A stretch of 64,000 nt of DNA, taken from positions 248,001 to 312,000 of the forward strand of contig JBDOQK010000023.1 of NCBI GenBank assembly GCA_040437565.1, given 5' to 3'. The notes below the pieces were generated by a model. It had not been told where the DNA came from, did no database searches, and saw only the letters and a program-made list of their open reading frames with translations. How positions within the stretch are numbered: the stretch's first letter is position 1; each line of letters opens with the position of its first letter. The DNA comes from Albugo candida. Taxonomy: Eukaryota. Both the position numbers and the translations under genes were made by a program. Below, one piece after another: positions 12,103 to 25,559 of the stretch.

Positions 12103-14219
12103 TCACTTCGGTTTTACTCGAGTTCGTTTGACGGCGAGGTTTTCCAGTACTCGGATGAAGCGACACGGAGCGAATTTTGTTCGGGGTCTGCCATATCGTT
12201 TGAAGGGTCCTCGCTGTCGATTGTTTGGTAGCTGGAGCGACAGCACACGAATGAGTTTAATGGAAATTCCTTCTGCCTCAACGTACCGTGCAAAATGGCG
12301 TTTTCGATTAGTGTTCGATTCTCGGCTACGTGAGCACGACGTAAGCTTCAGATTGACCTTAATAGACATTGTACCTGTAAACCGCACTTTATAACTCGTA
12401 AGAGAATTTGGTATTAACGCCACTAGCCTTTGTTTTTCCATCCGTATCAAAATTGCGGATGCCAAGGTTCCCGTGACACCAAGTTGACTGGCGACGGTTT
12501 CGACTGTCACACCATTTCGCTTCAGCCGTCCATGTGTTAAATCGATAGCTCCTGTAAAACAATCATTAAACTTTACAGACTTTCCTCGACAAAACTGACC
12601 AAGAGGACTCAACTATTAAAAAGCGCATTATCTTGAGCCAGGACCCCAAAGGTCCCGTCTGAAAGATCTTTAAGCACTCCGTCTTTGCAAAACTGTAGAT
12701 TGTTGGAGGACTTCTTCCAAATGATCCATGCAAGTACGTACATTCTCTATATCTACCGAAAACGACGCCTCACTGACGTTAGGGAAGGTGCTTTGTAGAC
12801 TGCAATAAAATCGAAATGGTTGAGAGCACCGCTGGTGAAACAAGCCTGTAGTAAAACCTCTGCACGGTGACAATAGACGACTTCATGATTTCCGTCAAGA
12901 TTTGGTGCTGGGATGGCTTTCTGGGATTCGATTTTGCTGGTCTGGACGTGCAGGTTTTCTCGAAAGAAGGATCCAGATCTGAATCGCTTCCATCTGTACA
13001 CGCCATTTCTTTGTTGATATCCTGCGACAGACTCGAGTATTCTTGAGAGGATTGACTCTTAGTCACTGGTGTTACACAGCTGTTCTTGCGCCTTGATGTA
13101 TTCTCTGATACTCGTGGCTTGTTGACCTTTTCTTGCTCAGTTGTATCCAATATCAACGAAACCAAATGAAATGGGGTTTTCAGTTTTCCCTACACGGAGT
13201 CATCTTCAGCAGAGATTCACAGATCAAACAATTTCGAAAGTACCACTGGAAGCTGCACAAGGTTTGTAGCATCCGTAACGTCGGAAGAAGGCCGAAAATA
13301 CTTTGGTTGCCATCCAGTTGGACAAAGTGCTTTATTGTTTTACATTAGCCAGATTCACAAGCCGACTAGAGACTTTTTCTATACCATTGAGCGATACTCT
13401 CATCGTAAGCATCCGACATTCAGGTAACGGGCTTAAAGTATTCACGATTTTGACAAGAGTTCGTATCATTTGGATCGCTTGGGCTTTCACGTCATCTGTA
13501 CTGCAATGCAGCGTTCCCAATCCATTGAAGTCGGTTGACAGCAGAGTGTCTCCATTTTCATCTTGCTCAATTGTATACGTATAACTAGTGCCAAACGTGT
13601 GAGCAAAAAGCCACGATTTATTACCAAGATGGACTTACCTCTCCAAGAGCTGACCCGACTCATTTTCTTCTTTCAAAGAGTGTATACAAAAAATAAGCGA
13701 CTCCAAATATTTCTTTTCCAACGCTTCAAAAACTGATAAAATTGCTCGTAAGTAGCTTTCTCAATGTTTCTTTGTTTTCTGACCTCCTTCTTCAAGCCAT
13801 TGGGTCAACATCAACGCATCCTTTGCATCAACAGTACCGCATTCTGCCCGTGGGGCTAAGCACTTGACACGCATATCCGCATATATCTTGCCAAGAAGCC
13901 ATCCACACATCAGGGAAGAATTTGTGTATAAGCTCATGCGTGCACTTACTCTTTCTCGAAATAATTTTGCTGAAAACAAATCTGACAGAAATACAAAGTC
14001 ATACAGCGCTTCCTCATAAACTCTCAAAGAATGCACACTTCGCAAATGGCAGACTTCTGAAATCGAGACCCGGATCCTACCACGAGCACGCGATCTTCAA
14101 GTCAAAGGCACAGCGTAGGTTTTTACAGCTAAGTACATGTTACGAATGACGTTCAGCGATTGTATGTACGTAAATTCCGTGGCATTTTTGTTGTTGTCCT
14201 TTGATTGCTTCGGCTGCAT
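12103..14219 (-). CDS. HOP1: Meiotic HORMA-domain protein (Hop1/Asy1/HORMAD), multi-intron; exons after the HORMA domain uncertain
   Basis: Spliced pieces from ATG 14219: IRVSISEVCHLR / LTQWLEEG-VFEALEKKYL / AIQMIRTLVKIVNTLSPLP..MLTMR / CPTGWQPKYF / VGKLKTPFHLVSL follow the HORMA consensus in order, with GT-AG introns between them. Confidence 0.8.
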
Positions 14220-14599
14220 TGCCGAGCTTTTTAATCAGACTAGAACTAATCAAATCTTCTCGATAATGGCGCGTTTCCTTTTGCCGCCCGCGCAACTTCA
14301 ACTCCGTATGTAGCAGTAAGTACGATACATAAAGTGAAATAGCATGATTATTTAACCTTCCCGACGAGTTATATGGCGCTAAGTATGTAAAGTGATCGTA
14401 TTATATCGCATGTAGCGTCTCACGCCAGCCACTGACGACTGTCATACGCAAGACGATTTTCTTCTCTATCTATAAGGACCTTAAATAACCGGGTTCGTCA
14501 GCATCTTACTATCACTATTAAACCAGAGTCATGAGTACATCTTTTTAACAAATGAAATATCTATGTATTTTTATAGGCCTTTTCGAAGTCGACAACATT

Positions 14600-15460
14600 T
14601 CAGGTGCGTACACCTTGATGCATTGATAACGCTTCATGCAAGCTTGGAAGTGCTTTCCGCGGTGATTTTGTGACGTTGCTTGCGGGATGCCATTTATCCA
14701 GATTTGACCGGAGAGGGTCCATCTCCCTTACGTGCTCTCTCTTTGGCTTACGTGCAGACCCAGCGTTTACTTCCATATCGATATGAGTAGAACAAAAGTG
14801 CTTGGATTTGCGGCTCCTCATGCAGTTCCGCGCTTCACAACGTTGCCCTCCTCCGTGCGCCCAGCAAAAATCGCTTCGAGATTGCGCACTTTTCGTGCAT
14901 CCGGCAACTTGGCACCGCCTACCTCCTCCATGACGTCGACATAGTCCTCGACTCACAGATATTTTCAAGCAGCTTTGAAATTGGCAACGCTTGTTCCAGC
15001 TACTTTGCCGACGTTTTGATCCGGGTGTTCGTGTCGATAATGATGGAGGAGACGTGGAGTGTTCTTCGAGCTTTTGTGTTGGCGGAGGGGTTACTTCGCC
15101 TTGAGAAAGTATCGAGAAAAGTTCTCGTGGACGCTTTTCTTGCAATTGTCTTCGTGGAAATAAAGGGTTTTGAGAAATTGAGCGTCCCGGTAAAAAATGC
15201 TCCAGATGCTTGGCAATTGCATGCTCTCTCGGTAAAATGATAGTTGATTTATCGCGTCCGAATGTGATTGAAATCGAATCATTATGCAGTTGATTGTCAT
15301 TTGGATGTGGCGAGTGGTCAACTGCAAGATCCAATGAATTACGATCGATTTTCCTTTCATTTGTAATGACATTTGATTGAAATAATGGGATTCCGGGTGA
15401 AATTGCGCGACTAGGAGACATCCTATGCGGGTTAGAAAATACCATCGTACATGTAACCAT
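14600..15460 (-). CDS. HGGG-repeat (WRKY19-like C3H) zinc-finger protein, putative transcription factor
   Basis: Three C-x4-C-x9/10-C-x2-H(GGG) repeats, e.g. CQVAGCTKSAQSRSDFCWAHGGG. LPSL motif near the C-terminus. Confidence 0.8.
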   Translation of the reverse strand: MVTCTMVFSNPHRMSPSRAISPGIPLFQSNVITNERKIDRNSLDLAVDHSPHPNDNQLHNDSISITFGRDKSTIILPREHAIAKHLEHFLPGRSISQNPLFPRRQLQEKRPRELFSILSQGEVTPPPTQKLEEHSTSPPSLSTRTPGSKRRQSSWNKRCQFQSCLKISVSRGLCRRHGGGRRCQVAGCTKSAQSRSDFCWAHGGGQRCEARNCMRSRKSKHFCSTHIDMEVNAGSARKPKREHVREMDPLRSNLDKWHPASNVTKSPRKALPSLHEALSMHQGVRT

Positions 15461-15517
15461 ATTAAAAACAATTGAATTAAAGGACTTTTTCGCGGAAGCT
15501 TCTTTCTACGTAACGAT

Positions 15518-16551
15518 GAAGGAAGTAATCAAATAGTAAGTATTTGTTCAAACTGACAATTAGAATCACTATGTTACCCTACTGCGTGCCGTGAGACGTG
15601 TTGAAAAAAGTGAAGTCTAGATTCGAGCGCTTCTACACCCTTCTTAAGAGAATTATTTAAGGCTCATCATCGGGGAGACTGTCAGTGTCACTCCTCCCAA
15701 CAAAGATCAGGCCTTTGAAATCGAGCCTGTTGTACGTCGAATTCTAAACTCATCGTGTTCGCTATACAGTAATGCTTTACAAAACAAGTCAGATAGAAGA
15801 CATGCAACAGCCGGTGAACTCTTTCCATTCAATATTTTATACAGAAAGTAAAGGCGAATCATATTACACGCACCGGTCCAAGCGCACACACATCATAATT
15901 TAATCTCTATATCGTTCTTTATCGGAAAGTAATACGACTGGATCAACGCTTTTTTTCTGAAATAAAGAAAGGCGAAAAAGGCGCNNNNNNNNNNNNNNNN
16001 NNNNNNNNNNNNNNNNNNNNNNNNNNNNNNNNNNNNNNNNNNNNNNNNNNNNNNNNNNNNNNNNNNNNNNNNNNNNNNNNNNNNGAAGGAAGTAATCAAA
16101 TAGTAAGTATTTGTTCAAACTGACAATTAGAATCACTATGTTACCCTACTGCGTGCCGTGAGACGTGTTGAAAAAAGTGAAGTCTAGATTCGAGCGCTTC
16201 TACACCCTTCTTAAGAGAATTATTTAAGGCTCATCATCGGGGAGACTGTCAGTGTCACTCCTCCCAACAAAGATCAGGCCTTTGAAATCGAGCCTGTTGT
16301 ACGTCGAATTCTAAACTCATCGTGTTCGCTATACAGTAATGCTTTACAAAACAAGTCAGATAGAAGACATGCAACAGCCGGTGAACTCTTTCCATTCAAT
16401 ATTTTATACAGAAAGTAAAGGCGAATCATATTACACGCACCGGTCCAAGCGCACACACATCATAATTTAATCTCTATATCGTTCTTTATCGGAAAGTAAT
16501 ACGACTGGATCAACGCTTTTTTTCTGAAATAAAGAAAGGCGAAAAAGGCGC
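15518..16551. repeat. Gap-flanking direct duplication (assembly overlap)
   Basis: 15518-15984 recurs at 16085-16551, either side of a 100-N gap. Confidence 0.9.
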
Positions 16552-16579
16552 ACACACATCTTTATATTGTACAATTGTC

Positions 16580-18965
16580 TCAACATTTGTGATTTATTCT
16601 CGATAAATGGTACTCCCTTAGCTGTGTATTCTCAACTAAACCGGGTGCACACGTCATCAATTCTTTCCCTGTAGCAGACTTGGGGAATGCAATCACTTCT
16701 CGGAGAGATTTTGCGCCGCACAATATCGTCATAAGACGGTCTAAGCCTAATGCGATTCCTCCGTGCGGCGGAGCACCGTACGAAAATGCTTCCAGTAAAT
16801 GAGCAAAGCTCTCGCGTTGACTCGGTAATAGTTGCAGTATTGACTCAAATACAGCGCGTTGTAGGACAGTCGAATGAAGTCGGATCGATCCGCCTCCCAG
16901 TTCCCATCCGTTGCAAACTAAATCCATATGCTGCGCACGGAGAGACAACACGGAAGAAAGCAAGTTCGGGTCCTTCTTCCACTCTTTTCTGTTCTGAATC
17001 TTTGCACTTAAATCCGCTAGCACGCTAATTTCGTCTTCTAAAGGCGCAGTAAAAGGATGATGCGTTGAACAGATGCTTTGTTTTTTTTGCCCGCAGAGAA
17101 GGGTGCCTTCCTCTACTGAAAACAATGGGAAATCGGTCACCCAAAGCATATTGTATCGATTCGCACTCATTTCTTCCTCTAACAAACCGTTTGCGCGCAA
17201 TACATTAGCCGCATGTATTCGCATCCGTCCGAGTAAGTTCGATGTTGATGCATAGGTACCGATAGCTACGAGCAATACGTCCCCCTCCTCCACGGATAGT
17301 CGTTCATTAATGGCAGCTCTGGCCTCTGGCGATACTTTTGCAGTAAAATATGATTTCCATTCTTTTCTTTCGCCTTCGATTTTCACCAATGCAAATTTAA
17401 CCGCTTCTTTTTCAATAGAATATGCATGTGCGACTTGCATGAAAGCGTCCATATGTTTGCGAGAAAAGCCTTTCGGCGTGCTTGCAGCCAGTCCTTTGGC
17501 ATTGAGTCCACGAGCGACTACGCCATTGCTAGACTTCTCACATGGCGTTTCCAAGAGGACTGAATCACGCATCAAATCGGTCAGATCGTGTAGTTCGAGG
17601 CCGTATCGAGTATCCGGTTTGTCAATTCCAAATCGACGAATCGCTTCGGCATATGAAATGCGATGAAAAGGTTCCGAACAGAGTGTTTGTCCGGCCGTAG
17701 CCCACAAATGACGAACCAGTAGCTCCATGAGCTGCATGATATCGTCTTGCGTGACGAATGACATTTCCAAGTCAAGTTGGGTGAATTCGGGCTGACGATC
17801 AGCTCTTCCATTTTCGTCGCGATAACATCGAGCAATTTGGAAGTACCGATCCATACCTCCAACCATAAGCAATTGTTTGTACTGTTGAGGACTCTGCGTG
17901 AGAGCATAAAACATTCCTGGAGTTCTGGTCGGCACAATAAACTCGCGAGCGCCCTCAGGTGTCGATTTGAATAAAGTTGGTGTTTCTATCTCGGCAAAGT
18001 CGAGGTCGTGGAGGAATTTTCGAGCTTCAAAAGTGATTTTGGAACGAAGGAGAATATTTTTTTGGAGTTGAGGACGGCGTAGATCCAAATAGCGATAACG
18101 AAGGCGCGTTTCATCATTTGCATTATCGGCAGGCGCTTCCAATCGAATCGGAAAAGATTTTCCGTGGTCAATATGGCTTAGTTCTTTAATCGATTCGACT
18201 ATGACCTCGATCTCACCAGTTGACATGGAGGAATTCTTCATATTACCCGGACGTTGGCGAACGGAACCAGCAACACAGACGATACTTTCCAGGCGCAGGT
18301 TAGAAGCTGCATGAGCTGCTGTACTGTCTTTGTCAACTACGAGCTGTGTGATACCATAACGATCGCGAAGAGAGAGAAATGTGATAGACCCTAATTCACG
18401 GATTCCATGCACCCATCCACAAAGCCGCACATACTGGTTCAAATGCTGGTTAGCGTTCCGTAATTCTCCGCAAGTGCGTGTACGATACGAAGAAAACTTC
18501 GTAGAATGATTATCGTGCTCCACCGCTGCATTGCTGCAACTACGGTGGTCTGGTATAACATGTCGCGATGATGCAGCCAGACGATTATGTATTCGTCTTT
18601 TATGCAATGTATTGTCGCCAGCAGAGCGTCGTAGAGACCTTATTCGGCATCGCAATGCNNNNNNNNNNNNNNNNNNNNNNNNNNNNNNNNNNNNNNNNNN
18701 NNNNNNNNNNNNNNNNNNNNNNNNNNNNNNNNNNNNNNNNNNNNNNNNNNNNNNNNNNCTTCGTAGAATGATTATCGTGCTCCACCGCTGCATTGCTGCA
18801 ACTACGGTGGTCTGGTATAACATGTCGCGATGATGCAGCCAGACGATTATGTATTCGTCTTTTATGCAATGTATTGTCGCCAGCAGAGCGTCGTAGAGAC
18901 CTTATTCGGCATCGCAATGCGTTTTGTATCATATAATTCGTGTACATAAGCGAATATTTATGCAT
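16580..18965 (-). CDS. DARS2: Aspartyl-tRNA synthetase, mitochondrial (bacterial type); 5' end interrupted by a gap and duplication
   Basis: RTRTCGEL, FLSLRDRYG, RLRYRYLDLR, TPEGAREF, QSPQQYKQLLM, RADRQPEFTQLD, HHPFTAP, ELGGGSIR, PPHGGIALGLDR. Collapsing 18497-18658 = 18759-18920 joins the ORF to ATG 18965 or 18932. Confidence 0.95.
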
Positions 18966-19485
18966 AATTATTTTCCGGATTTCTTTCGATTAAGTAATTA
19001 AAGAGCTGCTGGTCGATTTGATCGTCAGAATCTTGAAGAAGATTCTAGGCCAATCATTAGCGCTCAGTAAACAAGCCAGATTGTTGACTGCTCAGGTAGC
19101 TGGTTTTGTACTACTATTTTTGTCCTTAAAATTATTGGATCCCCCTTTCGGTCCACGGAACCGAGTACGCATGTCGAGCTGCCCGCGTTTACATTCAAAG
19201 TAAGCGACACGATACGCCTACCAGAAGAACAAGGATCTGTTTTAAGTTTCAAGATGTGCATGAATGCGAATAAGCTATATCAGGACGCACATGGCATTCA
19301 TTTGCATATTGTCGCTCATGCAAACATTCTTTTAATGTTCTTTCACCCGTATTCATGCATTCTTGCTGGATCATGCAATCTCGCAATGCTAGTGCCATAT
19401 CATGGCACGACTTCCCCATCTTCGATTGGACAAAACGAATTATTTAATAGCCAATGGGCTACTAGTGCTAGTTTCATTATTTACA

Positions 19486-20709
19486 TTACTGGTCACTTGG
19501 CAATTCATATGGCGAGATGAGATGATTTGAAAAACTTTGTAGAGCGCTAACTCCACGCACTTCTTCATTCAGCAGCGGCATTTCGACCACATGAAAGTCT
19601 TCATATAAATCGTAGATCTGGTCGATGTATTTTTGTTGCATTTTTTGCCGTGCGGTACAATTGCTGCACGTAGAACCTAGCAATTGATTTGATTGAATTG
19701 ACGTACTTTGATCCATGAAAGTATGCATACCTGATTCTCGATACAAGACCTGATTAACCACGATATTGTGGACGTCAATTTCGTACTTTGTCAATTCCTG
19801 GACCAGGCGTTCTGTTTCGTATAGCGAGAGAAACTCGGGTATGCAAACGCACACAAATGTCGTTCGCTCTGGATCTTTAAACTGCTGATTGACCTTTGCA
19901 CAAATCGCATTTGAGTTATTTTGCAGTGATTCTCAAATTCTATGCACGTACCTTCTGTATGATTTCCTGCGTTTGTTCCAATTTCCCGAGCAAGTGTTCT
20001 TGCGAAGGTAATGCACCACCCAGCAGAGCAGAAACTTGAGAGAACATCCCCGAAAACTGATTCTTCAGCGATAAGATTTTGTCGAAAGCTTTGTTGAGGG
20101 CAGTCGGAAAGCTCAATAGCCTTAATGTGTGCCCAGTTGGTGCTGTATCAAACACGATAATGGAAAAGTCCATGGTTTGAACTTGTTTCATAAGCTCGGC
20201 AAAACTCATTGCTTCATCAATTCCGGGGATGGAGTTCGTCAGATCTTTCATGAAGGAAGCCATGCCGGAAGTCTCTTGTAATCCATCCGGGTTCATCTCT
20301 TCTAGCTGTCAGTTCCAACGTATAAGCATAAGCGATAAGGCTGTAGAAAGTCTCCCTACATCGACAGTCGGATCAATCTCCATGACAAACAGGTTTGAAA
20401 ATCCATGCACAAGTGTTGGTTCTCTAGTGAATTTCTGTCCGAATGCATCGCTATGGAATCATAAGTAACTTAAGCGGGTTAATGTGCATCTATTCGAGTA
20501 ATAGAGCCATACCTTAAGTTATGCGCAGGATCTGTGGACACGATCAGCACTTTTTCTCGCTCCATTGCCAACCGAATACCAAGGCAACATGAAGTGGTGG
20601 TCTTGCCAACACCTCCCTTACCTCCAACAAACACCCAGCGCAGCGAATCTTGCTCTATTAGATTCTGTAGGCTCGCTTCCGGCACGTTACTATCAGCATC
20701 TGCTGCCAT
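19486..20709 (-). CDS. GET3: ArsA-family ATPase GET3/ASNA1/TRC40, multi-exon
   Basis: [55 protein letters not shown], dimer CxxC (CSNC). Short GT-AG introns. Confidence 0.96.
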
Positions 20710-22099
20710 TGTAATCAGAATAGATAATGCAAGGTACGGTACGGTACGCTTCGACATGGCACCTAAAAGAAGCGCAACATATGGCTTTACTAGGAATGAT
20801 ATCTCTTCCGCCACAAGACCAGTGCTCGGAATACCATGACTTAGCAACGCATACTACGCAAGCAGAATCCTTTGTACTTCTAAAATGACCTAGTTATCTG
20901 GTCATCTTTAATGTGGCTGGCGTACTATTCAAAATCTCGACACTGCATTGGACCGGTAGGAAATCTGATCAATAGCGCTCAATAGTGAAGATTCAAGGCA
21001 CCATCTCGACCCTTTCGGTGACATGATGCATTGTAAGTCTAACCATTGGAGTATTCTCCTCATGCACAAGTCACGCAATAGATATGTGCCTCTTTCTTAC
21101 CCTGCAATCCATCATGTGGCTATAGACACGTTAATGTGAATGAAGCTCGAATCAAAGCTGTATTGTTGAAAACGATCACGTATTTCATGAAGGATCAAAG
21201 CAGATTGTTAACAATCCAGCATGACCGCCAATCAGGACACTCGTCATTCAGTTTCTTAATCGATGTATCACTTGCACGCGAGTGCTTCACTGTGATGCAT
21301 GTGGACGATTATGGCGAAGTGGCGGAGCAATCGCGTACTCAAGCCGACACAAGGTTGTGAAGTAGTTTCGCTGCAAAGAAGCACAAGGATCGGTCTCATC
21401 CTAGTAGGATATTAGACAGCAACAGCAAATCCATTTTTTCGCAAAGTGCGCATAGCAAGATGCAAAATCTTCAACCAGTCGAACCAGAGTTGATTCGAGA
21501 CATTCCAAAATTGAACATCGTACCGACAGTCTACTTGGAGCGCAATAAATCGATACTATAAAGCGTATAGTTCCGGTATCGAGATTTCTTCAGATGTAAG
21601 GCTAGTCCATGAGACCAAACTGGAAAAGTTTACATCGCTTATAATGATACTTTGGGCCGGTGCGATCGGCGGTTGCTACTGCTGAGCATGACTTTGAGGT
21701 ATGTCTTCACTTCCCCGTCAGAAAGGCTATACTCAATCCATCGCAGTGCAGCACTGGACGCGATTGAACAACCATAAAAGCAATTATAATACAAGCAGTT
21801 GATTCAATTCATTTATAGAAACTTATATACGATTTATGTAGCTAAACACAAAACTAAATATCTCCAATCGCCCGTCAGGCTGTGAAGTCATTCTGCTTTA
21901 GAAGTTCGAATGCGGGATGCGCAGGAACTCGGGAAAGTTAGGTGAGCCAAGTTAGGCAAAAAACTTCGAAAAGTGATCTACTTGTTCAATATACGGAATC
22001 GCTACGTTGTGCATGAGGGTCGGACACGAGGCTCGAGTGAATCGCAACCATTCGATTAGTAGGAAAGGGAAAGATAGCTCTTTAAAAATTCATACATTT

Positions 22100-22116
22100 G
22101 TTCATTTTACCAATTG
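22100..22116 (+). promoter_or_regulatory. Oomycete INR+FPR core promoter-like motif
   Basis: GTTCATTTTACCAATT resembles the oomycete TCATTYYNCAWTT consensus and lies about 25-40 nt upstream of ATG 22141. Confidence 0.45.
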
Positions 22117-22140
22117 TTAACTCGTTACCAACAAAAGTCC

Positions 22141-22750
22141 ATGGTATCGCTTTCGGTTCTCCTGCTTGTTACTGTCGCTCTGGACAGGAAGTGGAGAGTG
22201 AGTTGTTCCAATAACAACGAAAAGAAGCACTATGGGTCACGATCACCACCAGCCGTTGGAATTGTCAACAAAATGGTTCCTCAACATTCACTAGTCAACA
22301 ACACCCAGTACAATCCCCAATACAATCATGCCCCTACATCTCGCAGGTAACTCGAATAAAACGAACCAAGGTGGAAAACCTAGACTGACTTTTGTATGTT
22401 ACGTTAGACCAGTTGTAGAGAAGCCAAATGTTGCCTGTACAGTCACAAAAAGGTAAGAAAGCTGGATGAATTGCGTGCCGATTGAAAATCTTGTCAGTAC
22501 TCAAGGGAAAGTAAAAGTTAATATGCCCGGAAATTTGGTCTTGGTATCTAGGTTTGACCCAAAAATACTTCGTGAAGAAGTGTAGAAGCTTACTCTAAAT
22601 TGTCACAGTCGCACCCCCACAGAAGACGACTGTAATGAGCTTGTCGAAGCACTAACTGAATACGAAACTGCATGCCAAAAAATCATAGCGGACGAGGAAA
22701 TATGTACAAGGTAAAGAGAGATAGAACGAACAGGGCAGCAGAAAGCTTAT
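22141..22750 (+). pseudogene. Decayed gene for a secreted protein
   Basis: Signal-like start MVSLSVLLLVTVA and an early stop at 22350. Downstream sequence still reads as coding with scattered stops (PTEDDCNELVEALTEYETACQKII). Confidence 0.35.
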
Positions 22751-25559
22751 GTGTACTGAGAAGGGTACACAAAGCCTTCAACGATGGTATAAAAAAGGGG
22801 AATTTTATGATGACAGAAACGACGAAGCTTGGTCACATCATCACTTACTAGTAAGAGAAAAAGTAACAAACTTGGAATGTCACAACTGATCTTTTCTTTC
22901 ACAGCTATAAGACGTGTATCGTAATTTCGATCGACAAGGGCCCAACTTTTACCATCACGTAAGTAATTGATACAAATCGGGAAGACACATACCAATCTAT
23001 TTCTTCTAAGCGAAGAACAACGTCTTCTCTTCGAAACCCCTGAGGGACAACGCATTGCGATAAGGTACATCATAATGGAGAAACTATTCAAGCGACATTT
23101 GACCTTTTTTCCAGTCATGATCAACTCCTCGAAATGGAGACCTCCTCAGGCTTCCTTCTTCAAATGAAGTAAGTCATGTGTACGAAGCTGCAAGGGTGAA
23201 GCTGATATTTCTCTCTCGTATGTATGCAGGCTGATAAAATCTCTTACTTCTGAAAACGTGTACAAACTTCCGCTGATACCGAAGACATTGTTTGAAGATA
23301 TCCGTTCTGATTCACGAAGTATCAAGGGTACAGATCTTGAAGGTGCTTCACCATCAGGGCGAAAATCTCATGGGGAAACAGCCATGAGGCATGTTTAAGC
23401 CTCAAGAAAACACCGCAGAGAGGTTCACTGGAAGAGGATCACTGTATGAAGCTCAGGTGGCATCTTCAAGAACAGAGATGATAACTAGACTTGGTCTTCG
23501 AAATTGTCGATGCTTGGCTAGTGAAGATTATGCATCACCCACAAATGAAACCTTTTCGGTATGCTTTTTATGTTGTTTATTCCGTCAATGTTGATGCTCA
23601 ATATGGCCACTCAACTTTCCGCGCCAACTTCTTCTGCTGCTTCAGCGAACGCTATTGATACTCAACTCCGGCCTTCTTTTACATAAAACCCTTCACGCCC
23701 GGTGTCTATCTACACCCTTATTCTGTTCTGCGATTGTAGGCAGTGGTATGCAAATACAGGGCTCTGCTGAAACACTATGCCCTGCATATAGCAACTAGGC
23801 GGTCCTATCCACTCAGTACGGTCGATGCAAGTGCACTCTAAAATTCCAAGCTCTACAGTCTTGACATCTGGCATCTGGAGTATTTGATCATATCAGGGCC
23901 ACGCTGTGTGTCTATCTTCAGGGTGATGCAGTGTTCTGAATCATGACCTGAGATTTATTACGGACTACATTGTCTCAAGGCGTCTACGGCATGACAGTCG
24001 CTTGGAGGTTGCTTGAACTAGAATTGGTACTACAGGTCGACAACACTGATTCGCATATGTCTGATGCTGAAGAAAAGATACTCAACCCATTGAATGTTTG
24101 CCGGCGATATGAAAGAAACTAAACGGCGGTGCAAGCAATCCCTCAATTGCTGAAAGAACACGATATGGAAGTAGCTTTGTCACGAGTTCATTTGCTCATT
24201 GTAAAAGAAACTCACTCCAATTCCATCCCCAGTTTATTTTATATTGAGTATTTGAGAAGCATTAAGGCTTCAAGAAAACACTGGCTTAGCCTTAGCCATG
24301 GAATGTTGGAAGAAGACGCCATCATGTATCATGTGATAGCCAAGAATTTCTTTGGCGTGTGCTTGATCTCCGTGTTCTTCTGAGCCGAGTCCGTATCAAG
24401 TCGTTGATCCTCAGAGCCCCACATCAATGGCAGATGCCGAAAGCAAAGAATTAGCTTAATTAAGCTCACTGAGTGACACGATGGGCAGCTTAATCCCAAC
24501 TACGTTTTATTTATGATCATTTGAGTCAGCTATATTTCATTTCCATCTGAAACTACTAGTGCCTTCGTTCTATCCAAAGACTCGGGAATGGGTACAATCT
24601 CTAGTGGGGGAATGACATCAAACGCAAGATGTTGTGAATGTGGCATCTCCTCTGCTAATATTACACGACCTCACCCCAATCAGTGACCAACGTCTTGGCA
24701 TTATGCATATGTACATCTGCTTTCGCTTTATAGGACTTTATTCAGTGTTTGATGATTACACTTTCGGCGTGGTATGCTATTTAGCGATCTCGATCAAAAC
24801 GGATTCAATCATATCATGATTTCCATCAAATGGATACAGCACAGCTCACTCGTGTTTCATGATTGATTGATGCAAAAAAGAGGTCTCGGTACCGATCGAA
24901 AAGATACGACTAATTTCTGTGTATCTTGAGAAGCTGATATATGTGTTATAAAAGAAAGTCTGTTTGTATTGGAGGTGTTTCCAACTACATTATCGCTTTG
25001 CTTGAATTCCAAGTTGTCTTTATGGAGGTATGCAGGACATTCCATTTCACCTGCTGAGAGGTGAGATTATAGTATGAGATACCATGAAGGCTAATAAAAG
25101 CTACTCTTTTTCTCAATCGATGCATCAGTCCTTCAAAGAAACACTGCTGTCACTGTTTGTCGGTCAGACGCTTGGCAGCACTATCCAAACCGTTTTCGAG
25201 TCTCGAACAGGGCACCGACCAGTCGAGACTCACGATCCGTTGCTCCGAAGAGTTCTAGTCCAATTTCTTTGCACTAATTGAATAAGAATATTGTAATGCA
25301 TTGCAAATCCGATGGCCGCTATGTTGGAAGGGCAGCAGCAATTGAGATTTTCCGTCCAGCAGTCGAACAGCTAGGATGTGTGCTGCATGGTCACAATCAA
25401 TATCTTGAAGTGTTGTTCTGCTACAGCATATGCCTTGATCAGCGGGCATCGGTGCTCGTTACAGATGTCGCACTTGTACCGGTGACCATACTTCCATACA
25501 GATTTGACGAGATCCTAACCAAGCACTTGTTGTCTATATATTTACGTACCTATGGAATG

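Noticed and set aside
18560-18610. bZIP-like basic motif KRRIHNRLAASSR in the AspRS N-terminus
   Set aside because: The N-x7-R spacing is off by one and no leucine zipper follows; better explained as a mitochondrial transit peptide.
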